Under the pieces are notes generated by a model, which searched no databases, had not been told where the DNA came from, and saw only the letters and a program-made list of their open reading frames with translations. Both the position numbers and the translations under genes were made by a program. From Candidatus Ozemobacteraceae bacterium (GTDB lineage: Bacteria > Muiribacteriota > Ozemobacteria > Ozemobacterales > Ozemobacteraceae): a stretch of DNA of 64,000 nt. Positions 1 to 9,626 of this stretch are shown here, one piece after another. The DNA lies in contig OZ223236.1 in the NCBI GenBank assembly GCA_965140445.1, positions 32,001 through 96,000 of the forward strand, read 5' to 3'. Position 1 is the first letter of the stretch, and each line of letters starts with the position of its first letter.

Positions 1-158
1 TCTACAATAGTGCCTTTCTTGACGCCGTCGCCAGAAGAAGAATGGCCAACGCCAAGGACGTTAATGGTTCGGTCCTTCTGGACTTCTCCTATTACAGCAC
101 AAACCTTTGTTGTGCCTATATCAAGGCCTACAACTAAATCATCCACCATTGGCGGCAC
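1..158 (-). CDS. ftsA: Cell division protein FtsA, 5' portion (runs off the window)
   Basis: Not in the ORF track. The minus strand reads (V)PPMVDDLVVGLDIGTTKVCAVIGEVQKDRTINVLGVGHSSSGDGVKKGTIV, the FtsA GLDIGTTK actin-like motif. AAGGGAG RBS precedes GTG 158 (alternative ATG 149). Directly downstream of ftsQ. Confidence 0.93.
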   Translation of the reverse strand, partial: MPPMVDDLVVGLDIGTTKVCAVIGEVQKDRTINVLGVGHSSSGDGVKKGTIV

Positions 159-178
159 TAATGCTCCCTTCAGAACTA

Positions 179-1042
179 TTATTTTTTATTTCGGGGTCGA
201 ACGACGATTTCACTTGGTGCCCTCATATCGAGGTAGATTGGTTCTACATTATTCTTTCTCAGGTTGTCAAGAAGTGCACGCAAAAAAAGATAACGTTTTT
301 TGAAATCTTCGAGGCTCCGAGGGAAAACTTTCTCCCCTGAAAGCAAGTAAACATAGGGGTTTTGTAAGCTAAATAAATTAATTTCGGACAGTTGAGATAA
401 AATTTCTGGTCCCAAAAAATTTATCCACTTCCGTGCAGTAAAAAAACCATCATTATCTAAAAGCGAATCACCCGGTCTACTAGTTTCAAGATTCAGACCA
501 GTAATAATGGGAAAATTAAAATCTGGCGTGGATCTTATGCTCATAACTACGCCATCTGAAGCTATTTCTAAAAAGGATGCCCCAACTTTTGCATATAAGA
601 ATGGTTTTCTTTCATCAACCAACAATCTAAGATTATAAAGACCTTCCAGCTTTACTTCTGCGCTCTTTATAAATGGATTGCCCAAAAGTCTTTGCTTAAT
701 TCCATCTCTGTCTATCAGCAGAACATTTAGCCCAGGAGCAATTCCTGCAATTTTCAAAACACTATTTTTTGTTAAATACGAATTCCCGCTCACCTCAATT
801 TTTTTCAGCTCAAAATAAGATGTGCCAAAAAAAATGTGTTTTAACTGAACCAACGATAAATAGCACAGACTTATGATTATGAGAGTAAATCCGAGGACTT
901 TCAGCGGGCCAACAAACCGGGACAAATTTTGCAGCCGGGATCTATATTTTCGTTGCCTTAACTTTTCTCTGGTATTATCCGGTAAAGTTCTTTTTGGTGG
1001 CAACAAGTACGCACGCTTATTATTGGATAGATCTTCTGACAA
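179..1042 (-). CDS. ftsQ: Cell division protein FtsQ/DivIB (POTRA domain)
   Basis: Single TM helix then YFELKKIEVSGNSYLT...NPFIKSAEV...VDERKP POTRA pattern and C-terminal YLDMR. Lies between murG and ftsA. Start re-placed at TTG 1042 (ORF track extends to 1114). Confidence 0.85.
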   Translation of the reverse strand: MSEDLSNNKRAYLLPPKRTLPDNTREKLRQRKYRSRLQNLSRFVGPLKVLGFTLIIISLCYLSLVQLKHIFFGTSYFELKKIEVSGNSYLTKNSVLKIAGIAPGLNVLLIDRDGIKQRLLGNPFIKSAEVKLEGLYNLRLLVDERKPFLYAKVGASFLEIASDGVVMSIRSTPDFNFPIITGLNLETSRPGDSLLDNDGFFTARKWINFLGPEILSQLSEINLFSLQNPYVYLLSGEKVFPRSLEDFKKRYLFLRALLDNLRKNNVEPIYLDMRAPSEIVVRPRNKK

Positions 1043-1122
1043 AACAGCACCGCTTAAAAAATTAATCTGGAACTTTGATAATATCACTGCACGAGCACAA
1101 CTTACAAGAGACAATTTATTAG

Positions 1123-2217
1123 CTAATTCTTATTAATAAAAAAGTCCTTAATGAGCCCAACAATTCGACCTTCCACATCAGCTGGTCGAGTTTTTTTCAT
1201 ATTTTCTGCCATCTGAACGAGCTGCCCACCATCTTTTAACTTGGTTAAAGCGTCTCCCAAAGATTCTCCGTTCAGGTTTCTGTCTAAAATTACATTTGCA
1301 GCACCTGACTTTTCTAAAACCCGTGCATTTTTTTCCTGATGATTGTCTGTTGCAAAAGGAAAAGGAACAAGAATAGCTGGTTTTGCACAAACAGCTATTT
1401 CAGCAAGAATTGTTGCACCCGCTCGTGAAACAAGCACATCCGCAACAGAAAAAGCCTCTTTCATTTCATGTAGATACGGAAGCAATATATATTGATCTCC
1501 CACGGCCTCTGTTTCAGTTTTTACCATTTCAAAATCCCGCTCGCCACAAATATGCAGAATTTTTACATCGGGATTTTTCTTCAGCCAGGTTTTCGTTAAC
1601 TCAATACAAGCACGATTTATAGATAAAGCCCCTCTTGAGCCACCAACAAAAAGCACCCAAAACTCGCCGTCCTTTTTATCAAATCGGTTTTTATCTGTCT
1701 CCAGACTTAAAAAAAAGCTTCTTACAGGGTTTCCCGTAGCAAAAACTCTTTTATTATCTACCTGATAAGCAGATTCATAAGTTAAAAAAACAGCCTTAGC
1801 GGACTTGGCAAACAACCTGTTGGTAACCCCCATTGCCGCATTCTGTTCATGAATAACAGCGGGAATTCCAAGCAGACGAGCCGCCATCAAAACGGGGAAA
1901 GCTACGTATCCCCCCGTTGTAACAACAAAGTCTGGCTTAAACTTTCTTAGATGGCAAACAGCATCAATTATTCCAAGAAAATTAGCAAATGGAAAAGAAA
2001 ACCACTTGAAACTTACGCCACGAGGCATACCCTGGGCTCTAACCGAAAGAAAAGGCAGCCCTTCGACTCGCCCTACAATTTTTGCTTCCATACCTGAATC
2101 CAGCCCTACATAGGCCGTTTCAAGTTCATTGCCAAATTCCTGCAGCAACTTTTCTCTTATAGCTAGAGCAGGATAAATATGCCCGCCTGTTCCTCCACCG
2201 CTAAAAATCACTCTCAT
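1123..2217 (-). CDS. murG: Lipid II GlcNAc transferase MurG
   Basis: GGGTGGHIYPALA, HEQN, GNPVR, GGSRGA, SRAGA, DNHQEKNA motifs. Confidence 0.97.
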   Translation of the reverse strand: MRVIFSGGGTGGHIYPALAIREKLLQEFGNELETAYVGLDSGMEAKIVGRVEGLPFLSVRAQGMPRGVSFKWFSFPFANFLGIIDAVCHLRKFKPDFVVTTGGYVAFPVLMAARLLGIPAVIHEQNAAMGVTNRLFAKSAKAVFLTYESAYQVDNKRVFATGNPVRSFFLSLETDKNRFDKKDGEFWVLFVGGSRGALSINRACIELTKTWLKKNPDVKILHICGERDFEMVKTETEAVGDQYILLPYLHEMKEAFSVADVLVSRAGATILAEIAVCAKPAILVPFPFATDNHQEKNARVLEKSGAANVILDRNLNGESLGDALTKLKDGGQLVQMAENMKKTRPADVEGRIVGLIKDFFINKN

Positions 2218-2220
2218 CTG

Positions 2221-3402
2221 CTATCTTTTTCTCCCTCCCATATCAGCTTTTGGTGCTGAAAACCATTTTGAAAATGGTCGCTCTCTTTTGTCTTCAAAAA
2301 CATTCTTTTCAGAACCATATCTGGAAATGTTCAACAAAATTCCAATTGATATAGCAAGAAAAACAAGGCTTGAACCCCCATAGCTGATAAAAGGTAATGT
2401 AATCCCAGTAGTCGGCATTAAACTTACAACAACAGCAATATTAATAATTACCTGAAGCCCAATAATTATTGTAATTCCCGATGCCAGCAAAAACCCAAAC
2501 AAATCAGGGGAACGGCTTGCAATATAAAGTCCACGCCATACCAGTATAAAAAACAACAAAATAACCAATGCCCCACCCAAAAGACCAAGCTCTTCGCAAA
2601 TAATTGCGAAAATAAAATCAGTGTGCCTTTCAGGAAGGATAAAAAACTTCTGCCTGCTCTGACCTAGACCCAGGCCCAAAAAACCACCCGAGCCAATGGC
2701 AACAAGCGACTGAATAATATGATACCCACTGGTCTGCGCGTTTTCCCATGGGTTTAAAAATGCCCAGTATCTTTTCACGCGGTAACCCGCCTGGAAAATC
2801 AACGCAAAAACAAGAACAACTCCGCTACCAATCATTCCGCCAAGATGAAATAGTGAGCCATTTCCAAGGAAGAATAATAAAACATAGGTCCCGCCAATTA
2901 ACGTAGCAGTAGAAAGGTTTGGCCCTTTATAAACCAGAAAAAACAAAGTCGCAGTAACCAAAGCGTCGGGAAGAACACCATAAAGAAAACTTTTTATTTT
3001 TTCCTGCCTCGAAGCTATGGAATGGCATAAATAAAGAATAAAGCACAACTTACTAAACTCCGAGGGCTGAAATCCAAATGCGCCAAATCGAATCCAGCGC
3101 CTCGCGCCACCAATATCCCTGGAAACACCCGGGATAAGGACTAAAACCAACAAAAACACAGCCACACCAAGTAAAGGAACTGAAATCTTTTCCAGCTTTT
3201 TATAGGGCACGTGCGAAAACACCAACATAGACATAAGGCCTGCAAAAACCCACATCAACTGGCGCTTAAAATAATAAAGACCGTCAGATCTAACCGCAAT
3301 AGAAGTTACTGAACTGGCAGAATATACCATAATCAGTCCAACGCCCATTAGCGCTACAACTACAAACAGTAATATATGATCGAAGTGACCCGATTTATTC
3401 AT
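2221..3402 (-). CDS. ftsW: SEDS peptidoglycan polymerase FtsW
   Basis: GARRWI, FQPSEFSK, PERHTDFIF, GITLPFISYGGSS motifs; dcw context. Confidence 0.95.
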   Translation of the reverse strand: MNKSGHFDHILLFVVVALMGVGLIMVYSASSVTSIAVRSDGLYYFKRQLMWVFAGLMSMLVFSHVPYKKLEKISVPLLGVAVFLLVLVLIPGVSRDIGGARRWIRFGAFGFQPSEFSKLCFILYLCHSIASRQEKIKSFLYGVLPDALVTATLFFLVYKGPNLSTATLIGGTYVLLFFLGNGSLFHLGGMIGSGVVLVFALIFQAGYRVKRYWAFLNPWENAQTSGYHIIQSLVAIGSGGFLGLGLGQSRQKFFILPERHTDFIFAIICEELGLLGGALVILLFFILVWRGLYIASRSPDLFGFLLASGITIIIGLQVIINIAVVVSLMPTTGITLPFISYGGSSLVFLAISIGILLNISRYGSEKNVFEDKRERPFSKWFSAPKADMGGRKR

Positions 3403-3404
3403 AT

Positions 3405-4760
3405 TCAGTCAAGCGCCATTACCAAGTCTTTAAATCTTTTTCCACGAACTTCGAAGTTAGGAAACAAGTCATAACTACTGCACGACGGCGACAACAATAC
3501 CGTGTCTCCAGAGTCGGCCCAATCTGCAGCGAGTTCGACTGCGTTTTCAAAAGAAGATGCAACCTTGATTTCTACCAGCCCTTCAAGAGCCGATCTGAAC
3601 CTTTGTCTTGCTTCTCCATATAGAACAACGCCTTTGGAATGTTTCCGCAAAGTCTCAACCCATTCGGAAAGATCTGTGCCCTTATCTCTGCCCCCGGCAA
3701 TTAAAATAAGAGGTTGTTCACATGCTTTTAATGCAATAACTGTAGCTTTACAATTAGTCCCCTTGGAGTCATTAATGTATGTAACTCCATTTCGCTCCCG
3801 CACCCATTCCAGGCGATGCTCGACTCCAGTAAAGTTTTCAACAACATCCTGCAGTTTTGCACTGTCCACACCGGCCAAAATGGCTGCAATAGAGGCGGCC
3901 ATAATGTTTTCTATATTGTGAGAACCCATTATTTTGGCGCAGCTTGTTTTAAACAAGTTTTTTTCAATTCCATTTTCGTCTCGAAAAACAATAACCTTTT
4001 CCCGAACAAAAATTGCCGGTTTTAAACCTTCCACATTCCAGCCGAACCAGGCCACCTTGCATTTAACCTCACGCGATAATTCATGCATATCGGGCTGATC
4101 GGCATTCAAAATAAGCCAACCGTTTTCATCCATATTTAATGCAATTCTACGCTTTGCATCTTTATAGGCTTTATAACTTGGGTATCGATCAAGATGATTT
4201 TCAAAGAAATTCGTAATAATGGCAATATCAGGAGTAAATTTTGAAATAGTCTCTAACTGGAAACTACTCACTTCAAGCACCTGAACAGAGTCCATAGAAG
4301 TTTTGGCAGCAAATTTCATCATTGGAATACCAATATTGCCACCAAGAAAAACTGAATTAAACTGCTTCTCGCAAAATTCTGCAAGCAGTGTAGTTGTAGT
4401 CGTTTTTCCGTTGCTACCAGTAATGACCAGACGCTTTCCCTGAGAAATCCTATACGCAATCTCAATTTCAGAATAAACGGGAATACCTAGTTTATCAGCC
4501 TTCAATAAAATGGGGATATCAGTGCGAACTCCTGGACTTAGAACAATAAATTCTGAGTCAAGAACCTTTTCTGTATGACCACCAGCTTCATAAGTTACCT
4601 TATCAAGCAAATCATTTTCGCCAAGAACCTTTTCAAGCTTTTCAATTGCCTGAATGTCTGAAATGAATACCTTTGCACCAAGTTCGCAAAGGCTTGTAGC
4701 CGCTGCCAATCCGCTTTTAGCAGCACCAACAATACTAATAGCCTGCCCTTTAGGGTTCAT
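3405..4760 (-). CDS. murD: UDP-MurNAc-L-Ala:D-Glu ligase MurD
   Basis: ITGSNGKTTT, LEVSSFQLE, HLDRY, EHRLE, NDSKGTN, LLSPSCSSYD motifs. Confidence 0.97.
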   Translation of the reverse strand: MNPKGQAISIVGAAKSGLAAATSLCELGAKVFISDIQAIEKLEKVLGENDLLDKVTYEAGGHTEKVLDSEFIVLSPGVRTDIPILLKADKLGIPVYSEIEIAYRISQGKRLVITGSNGKTTTTTLLAEFCEKQFNSVFLGGNIGIPMMKFAAKTSMDSVQVLEVSSFQLETISKFTPDIAIITNFFENHLDRYPSYKAYKDAKRRIALNMDENGWLILNADQPDMHELSREVKCKVAWFGWNVEGLKPAIFVREKVIVFRDENGIEKNLFKTSCAKIMGSHNIENIMAASIAAILAGVDSAKLQDVVENFTGVEHRLEWVRERNGVTYINDSKGTNCKATVIALKACEQPLILIAGGRDKGTDLSEWVETLRKHSKGVVLYGEARQRFRSALEGLVEIKVASSFENAVELAADWADSGDTVLLSPSCSSYDLFPNFEVRGKRFKDLVMALD

Positions 4761-4900
4761 TGTCTGCCTCTTTGATATTTAATGGCACAATAATAGCACA
4801 GTGTGCATTAAACGACAAATCTCAACAAATTGAAATCCAACTAAAAAAAACCTACAAATTTAACACTAAAAACTTCCAAATCTACAAACTTGGAAAAAAG

Positions 4901-6229
4901 CTACTTAAGCTTTCTTACCGGAACATTTGTCTTATGAGAAAGCCTTACCAATTCGGCAAATTCAGGACGTAAATCTTCTGTCCCATCTACCTCAAAGACT
5001 TTTTTAGCATTAACAGATTCAGAGCAAACTTCCATTTCTGTCGCTTCTCTTTTTAAGATTCTTCTTTCTACAATCCTTTTTCTCAGCCCAATAGTAGGAA
5101 GTTCATTAAAAATCATTTCTTCGAGTTCTTCAGCTTTCTGGTGACAGGCAAGAACTGTTAGAACAATTCCAGGTCTGCCCTTTTTCATCATCACATGACT
5201 AATAGTGACATCCAAAGCCCCGCAATTCATAAGAAGTTCAGCCACATGCCCGACAAGCTCTCCGGTGGCATTATCAATATTAGTCTGAAGCTCTACAACA
5301 GAATCAATTAGGATTTTTTTTTTAGTGTCTTTTGTTCCAGTGCTCAAAAATGCTCTTAAAAAATTTGGGCGCCCAATCTCTTTGCTACCTAGACCATGCC
5401 CTACTTCATTAAAAACAAAATTATCAGGCATTCCCGCTACAGCATTCATTCCCTTTAAAATTGCGGCACCGGTAGGAGTCGTCAACTCATATGGCACATC
5501 TGATTCAGACCGGATAGGATAGCCTGCCAACAATAATGAGGTAGCAGGCGCTGGCACAGGAATATTTCCATGAGCACACTTCACCATTCCGGAACCAACA
5601 GAGATCGTAGAAACTCTTACTTCGCTGACACCAAGATTATCAAAGCAAACAGCTACACCAACTATATCAGCGATACTGTCTCTTGCTCCAACTTCATGAA
5701 AATGAACATCTTCGAGCCCCTTGCCATGAATTCTGGCTTCAGACTCCCCCAATACTTTGAAACAATTTTCAGCAATCTTCTTCGCATTTTCAGTCATATC
5801 AGCACTTTGAATCATGCTTTTGATAGCAGTGAAGCCTCTGTGGGGAGCATGTCCATGATCGTGATCATGAGTGTGATCGTGAGGGTGAGCGTGAGTGTGA
5901 TCGTGATCGTGATCGTGACCGTGATCGTGATCATGAGCGTGATCGTGAGCGTGAGCGTGATCGTGGTCGTGGTCGTGAGCGTGAGTGTGGTCGTGGTCGT
6001 GGTCGTGGTCGCTTTCAGCCTTTACATGGTCTTCAAGGGTATTGAAATACTTTCCTCTAATCCCATGAGTAAGCCTCTCTTCAAAAATAAGCTCTATCTT
6101 TCCCTCTTCAAAATACATTGAGCTTAAAGCCTTTTTAACAAGTGCAAAATCTGCGCCCAGATCCAGCAACGATGCCAAAGCCATATTTCCAGCTATCCCA
6201 CTTGAACAATCCCAATATAATATTGTCAT
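4901..6229 (-). CDS. larC: Nickel-pincer cofactor nickel insertase LarC
   Basis: DCSSGIAGNM, VHFHEVGARDSIAD, CAHGNIPVPAPAT, ELTTPTGAA, TNIDN, MKKGRPG motifs; His-rich insert; adjacent to larB. Confidence 0.93.
   Translation of the reverse strand: MTILYWDCSSGIAGNMALASLLDLGADFALVKKALSSMYFEEGKIELIFEERLTHGIRGKYFNTLEDHVKAESDHDHDHDHTHAHDHDHDHAHAHDHAHDHDHGHDHDHDHTHAHPHDHTHDHDHGHAPHRGFTAIKSMIQSADMTENAKKIAENCFKVLGESEARIHGKGLEDVHFHEVGARDSIADIVGVAVCFDNLGVSEVRVSTISVGSGMVKCAHGNIPVPAPATSLLLAGYPIRSESDVPYELTTPTGAAILKGMNAVAGMPDNFVFNEVGHGLGSKEIGRPNFLRAFLSTGTKDTKKKILIDSVVELQTNIDNATGELVGHVAELLMNCGALDVTISHVMMKKGRPGIVLTVLACHQKAEELEEMIFNELPTIGLRKRIVERRILKREATEMEVCSESVNAKKVFEVDGTEDLRPEFAELVRLSHKTNVPVRKLK
5849..6010 (-). 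repeat. Hexanucleotide tandem repeat encoding 27 consecutive x-His dipeptides in LarC
   Basis: Units GTGATC/GTGGTC/GTGAGC on the + strand translate as DHDHDHDHTHAH... on the - strand. Confidence 0.95.
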
Positions 6230-6990
6230 TTCTGTATTCCCTTCAAAATTCTAATGGCCGCCACTGCTGCACCAAAACCATTATCAATATTAACCACTGT
6301 TATTCCTGCAGAGCAGCTATTTAACATTCCCAGTAATGCTGAAACACCGCCAAAGCTTGCGCCATAACCCACCGAAGTGGGAACAGCAATAACTGGCCTG
6401 GCAACCAATCCGCCTACTACGCTTGGCAAAGCCCCTTCCATTCCCGCAACAACAATAACTGCGTCAGCATTACTTATTCTATCCATTCTGTCAAATAGTC
6501 GATGAATTCCTGCAACTCCAACGTCAAAAACTCTTTCAACCTGAAACCCAGAAAATTCTAAAGTTACTGCCGCCTCTTCTGAAACAGGTAAATCTGAGGT
6601 TCCAGCGGCAACAACTGCAACAGAAAGGCCAGCGCATATCTCAATGTCGTTTCTAATCCATGCAATTCTGGAAATTTCACTAATATTTACACCAGCGATT
6701 TCGCTTTTCAAGGCAGCAATAGTATCATCAGAGCATCTTGTTGCTAAAGCTTTGCCACTTCTTTTTTCCATCAGTTTAAAAATCTCAACAACCTGCGAGG
6801 GTGTTTTTGATTCGGCGTAAATAGCCTCAGGAAAACCAACCCTGATCTCTCGACCAAGATCAATTACAGCAGAATCAGTTTCCACATCATGGGAAAAAAT
6901 ACCATGCAAGTTGGCTTCGGCCTCAGATGCTGAAAGCGTGCCGTTTTTAAAGCTTTCAAGAATTTTCCTTAATCTTAGATCAGTTGGCAT
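6226..6990 (-). CDS. larB: Nickel-pincer cofactor biosynthesis protein LarB
   Basis: AAGTSDLPVSEEA, DVGVAGIHRL, AGMEGALPSVVGGL, VPTSVGYGA, VVNIDNGFGAA motifs. Confidence 0.96.
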   Translation of the reverse strand: MPTDLRLRKILESFKNGTLSASEAEANLHGIFSHDVETDSAVIDLGREIRVGFPEAIYAESKTPSQVVEIFKLMEKRSGKALATRCSDDTIAALKSEIAGVNISEISRIAWIRNDIEICAGLSVAVVAAGTSDLPVSEEAAVTLEFSGFQVERVFDVGVAGIHRLFDRMDRISNADAVIVVAGMEGALPSVVGGLVARPVIAVPTSVGYGASFGGVSALLGMLNSCSAGITVVNIDNGFGAAVAAIRILKGIQK

Positions 6991-7001
6991 TTCTTATTTT
7001 C

Positions 7002-8486
7002 TCAACTCATATATTTATAACGCGTATAACCAGATTTACCGGCAACAGTAACAGGTTTAAGAATCATTCCAGTCTCCGCCGGCAATTCAAAATCAATAAA
7101 CCCACTGTGGGAAAAGAACTTTTTACCAGAAATCAAATCAATGAATTCGGTATTATCATGTATTCTACCATCTCTGATCTGCATGTAATCTTGAATTTTT
7201 TTCGAAGAAGCATTTACTGCTACAACAATAGTTTCACAGACCTGATCTGTATATCTTAGAAAACAAAAAGTCTTTCCAGAGTTCAGAAATGAAATATCTC
7301 CAATTCTGAGGGCAGTTTCAGTCTTTCTAATTTCCAAAAGCTTTTTATGAAATTTCAGAATTGAAGGATTCCTGGAAACCGTCTTCCAATCCATTGCAGC
7401 CCTCTGCTCTGGATCATTAACCCCTCTTGAACCAATCTCGCTTCCGTAATACATACAAATCGCCCCTGGCAAAGAAAATTGAAGAATCCTGGCAAGCATT
7501 TGTTTCTTGCCGGAAAGAACAGAAGCGAGTCTTGGAGTATCATGATTATCTAATACCAACCAGGCCCTAAGCATATGCTCTATGCCAGAATCAGCAACCA
7601 TTGTTTCATATAGTGCCCTGGCTTCCGCAGCAGAAATGCAGCCCGAAGTAAGTCTTAGAATAATTGACCTTGCATGCATATTCATAACCCCATCAACAGC
7701 TGGATACCAGCATGATGGAAAGTTCCATATTTCTCCAACTACTGAGCAATCTGACTTTTGCTCATGGGCCGAATCCGTTATTTCTTTCAATATATCCAGC
7801 CCAAATTCATAAGCAACATCAAGTCGCCACCCATCAATTTTTTCATTTGCCAGATAACTTTTAACTATTGAATCTTTGCCTTTATAAAGCCACTGCTTAA
7901 CTTCAGGATTATCCAAATTCAACTCAGGAAGGTTTTCGACCCCATTCCAACCAATAGATTTTCCTTCTGGACAGAATCTAAAGTGAGATGATGCATCTTT
8001 TTTGTCCGATTTTGCATTCAAAAATTTAGGGCTGCCAGCTCCCATGTGGTTAAAAACACCATCCAAAATGACTCTAATATCATTGGTATGAAGTTCTTCA
8101 ACCAATCTTTTCAGTTCAGCTCTGGAACCAAATGCCGGATCAACGTTCTCATAGTCCCAGGTGTCATATTTATGGTTTGTTAAGGACTCAAAAATTGGAT
8201 TCAAATACAAAACATCAATCTTGAGACTCTTAAGGTAATCTATTTTAGTAGCCAGACTTTCCAGATCACCGCCCCAGAATTCCAGCTCATGACTCCAAAG
8301 GCCTTGTCCATGAATCTTTTTCCCTTTTTTGGGCTTATCGGTCCACTTTTTTAAGATTCTTGGCGATTCATAAAAGCATTTTTTTTCAAAAATCTTTGCA
8401 GACGGAACAAATCGATCAACTATGACCTGATAAATTACCGGACCAACACGCCAATCTCTTTTTCTTAAAGAAAAATCCGTCTTCAT
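7002..8486 (-). CDS. GH13 alpha-amylase / neopullulanase-like glycosidase
   Basis: YLNPIF, NHKYDT, LDGVFNH, DGWRLDVA (nucleophile Asp), VGEIW (acid/base Glu), LDNHD motifs. Confidence 0.92.
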   Translation of the reverse strand: MKTDFSLRKRDWRVGPVIYQVIVDRFVPSAKIFEKKCFYESPRILKKWTDKPKKGKKIHGQGLWSHELEFWGGDLESLATKIDYLKSLKIDVLYLNPIFESLTNHKYDTWDYENVDPAFGSRAELKRLVEELHTNDIRVILDGVFNHMGAGSPKFLNAKSDKKDASSHFRFCPEGKSIGWNGVENLPELNLDNPEVKQWLYKGKDSIVKSYLANEKIDGWRLDVAYEFGLDILKEITDSAHEQKSDCSVVGEIWNFPSCWYPAVDGVMNMHARSIILRLTSGCISAAEARALYETMVADSGIEHMLRAWLVLDNHDTPRLASVLSGKKQMLARILQFSLPGAICMYYGSEIGSRGVNDPEQRAAMDWKTVSRNPSILKFHKKLLEIRKTETALRIGDISFLNSGKTFCFLRYTDQVCETIVVAVNASSKKIQDYMQIRDGRIHDNTEFIDLISGKKFFSHSGFIDFELPAETGMILKPVTVAGKSGYTRYKYMS

Positions 8487-8508
8487 TCAGCCTCCATGTA
8501 AAAAATAA

Positions 8509-9510
8509 CTATTCTTTTTCACTTTCACTTTCACTTTCACTACCGATTACACTCAGATCCGCCTTCCTATGACCGCCAATAAATACAACAGTTCCTAGTA
8601 ATACAGCAAACCATAATGTTACAGCTCTAATCAAAAAAGTCGCCGTCAAAGCCGTTGTTTTATCTATTGAAACAAAAAGAAAAAACATTCCTAAAGCTCC
8701 CTCTGTAACAAGCAATCCCCCAGGTAAAAATGATATTGCTCCCACAATTGAACTAAATGCGTGAGCAAAAATGGCTATTGCCAATAAATCTGGCTTATCA
8801 ACTCCAAGAGATTTAAAGATCAGAAACAGCGCAAAACCTTCGCCGGCCCAGGAAATTGCGCTGAGAGGAGCTGTTATTAAAATGGAAGAAAAAGATAGAA
8901 GATTCTGAGTACTCTCCTGAAGCGCATCAACAATTTTCTCCAGCTTTTTAAGTTTCTCAAAGCGAAGAATAAACTTGCGCGTAAAATCCCAAAAACCTTT
9001 TCTGGTCATTAAAATAATGCCTACAAAAAGAATGCAGCCAAGAATGACAAGAGTTTTTCCACCAAAAGCAAATCTTGAAAAACCAATGGAGCAAAGAATC
9101 AAAAGTCCAATCAGATCAGTCAGTCTTTCTGCAAATACTATAGGGGCTGTTCTCGAAACAGGGATCATGAATCTGGACTTCAAAAGCCAGGACTTAATCA
9201 GCTCTCCAAGCTTGCCGGGGCTCAACACCATTGTAAAAGCAGAAAAAAATACCCAAAGATTTTCCCTCAAGGGTATTTTTATTTCCAACTTTCTTAAAAA
9301 GAACTGCCATTTAGCAAACCTCAGCGCGTAATTAAAAAGCACAGCACAAATAATAGAGGCAAGAGCAGGCAAAGAAATTTTGCTTATTGCCGCAGCAACC
9401 TTTCCAAAATCGGATAAAAGGATAATTATGGTGATAAAAAATACGCCGCCAATCAGTATCCAAAATCCCAGTCGGCGGACCATTTCATTAATTGAGAATT
9501 GCTTTTTCAC
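8509..9510 (-). CDS. Lysylphosphatidylglycerol-synthase TM-domain (flippase-like) membrane protein
   Basis: Multi-TM protein with LRFAKW, PGKLGELIK, ERLTD and PGGLLVTEG family motifs. Confidence 0.8.
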   Translation of the reverse strand: MKKQFSINEMVRRLGFWILIGGVFFITIIILLSDFGKVAAAISKISLPALASIICAVLFNYALRFAKWQFFLRKLEIKIPLRENLWVFFSAFTMVLSPGKLGELIKSWLLKSRFMIPVSRTAPIVFAERLTDLIGLLILCSIGFSRFAFGGKTLVILGCILFVGIILMTRKGFWDFTRKFILRFEKLKKLEKIVDALQESTQNLLSFSSILITAPLSAISWAGEGFALFLIFKSLGVDKPDLLAIAIFAHAFSSIVGAISFLPGGLLVTEGALGMFFLFVSIDKTTALTATFLIRAVTLWFAVLLGTVVFIGGHRKADLSVIGSESESESEKE

Positions 9511-9573
9511 GTTGCTATTTTTCCATAAAAGGCTTTTCTATTCAACTTAAAATTGCAATGGAGTTCGGAAAAT

Positions 9574-9609
9574 AAAAACAGGGAGCTGCAAATTCAATGC
9601 AACTCCCTG
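9574..9609 (-). terminator. Intrinsic terminator after the MCP gene
   Basis: CAGGGAGCTGCA/TGCAACTCCCTG inverted repeat followed by a T-run on the minus strand. Confidence 0.75.
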
Positions 9610-9626
9610 CAGTTCACGTTTAAAGC

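Noticed and set aside
5849..6010. Repeat considered as a CRISPR-like array
   Set aside because: The units are 6-nt tandem repeats with no spacers, in frame within larC.
5570..6121. 183-aa + strand ORF with a Val/Ile/Ser run
   Set aside because: It is the antisense shadow of the LarC His-Asp repeat.
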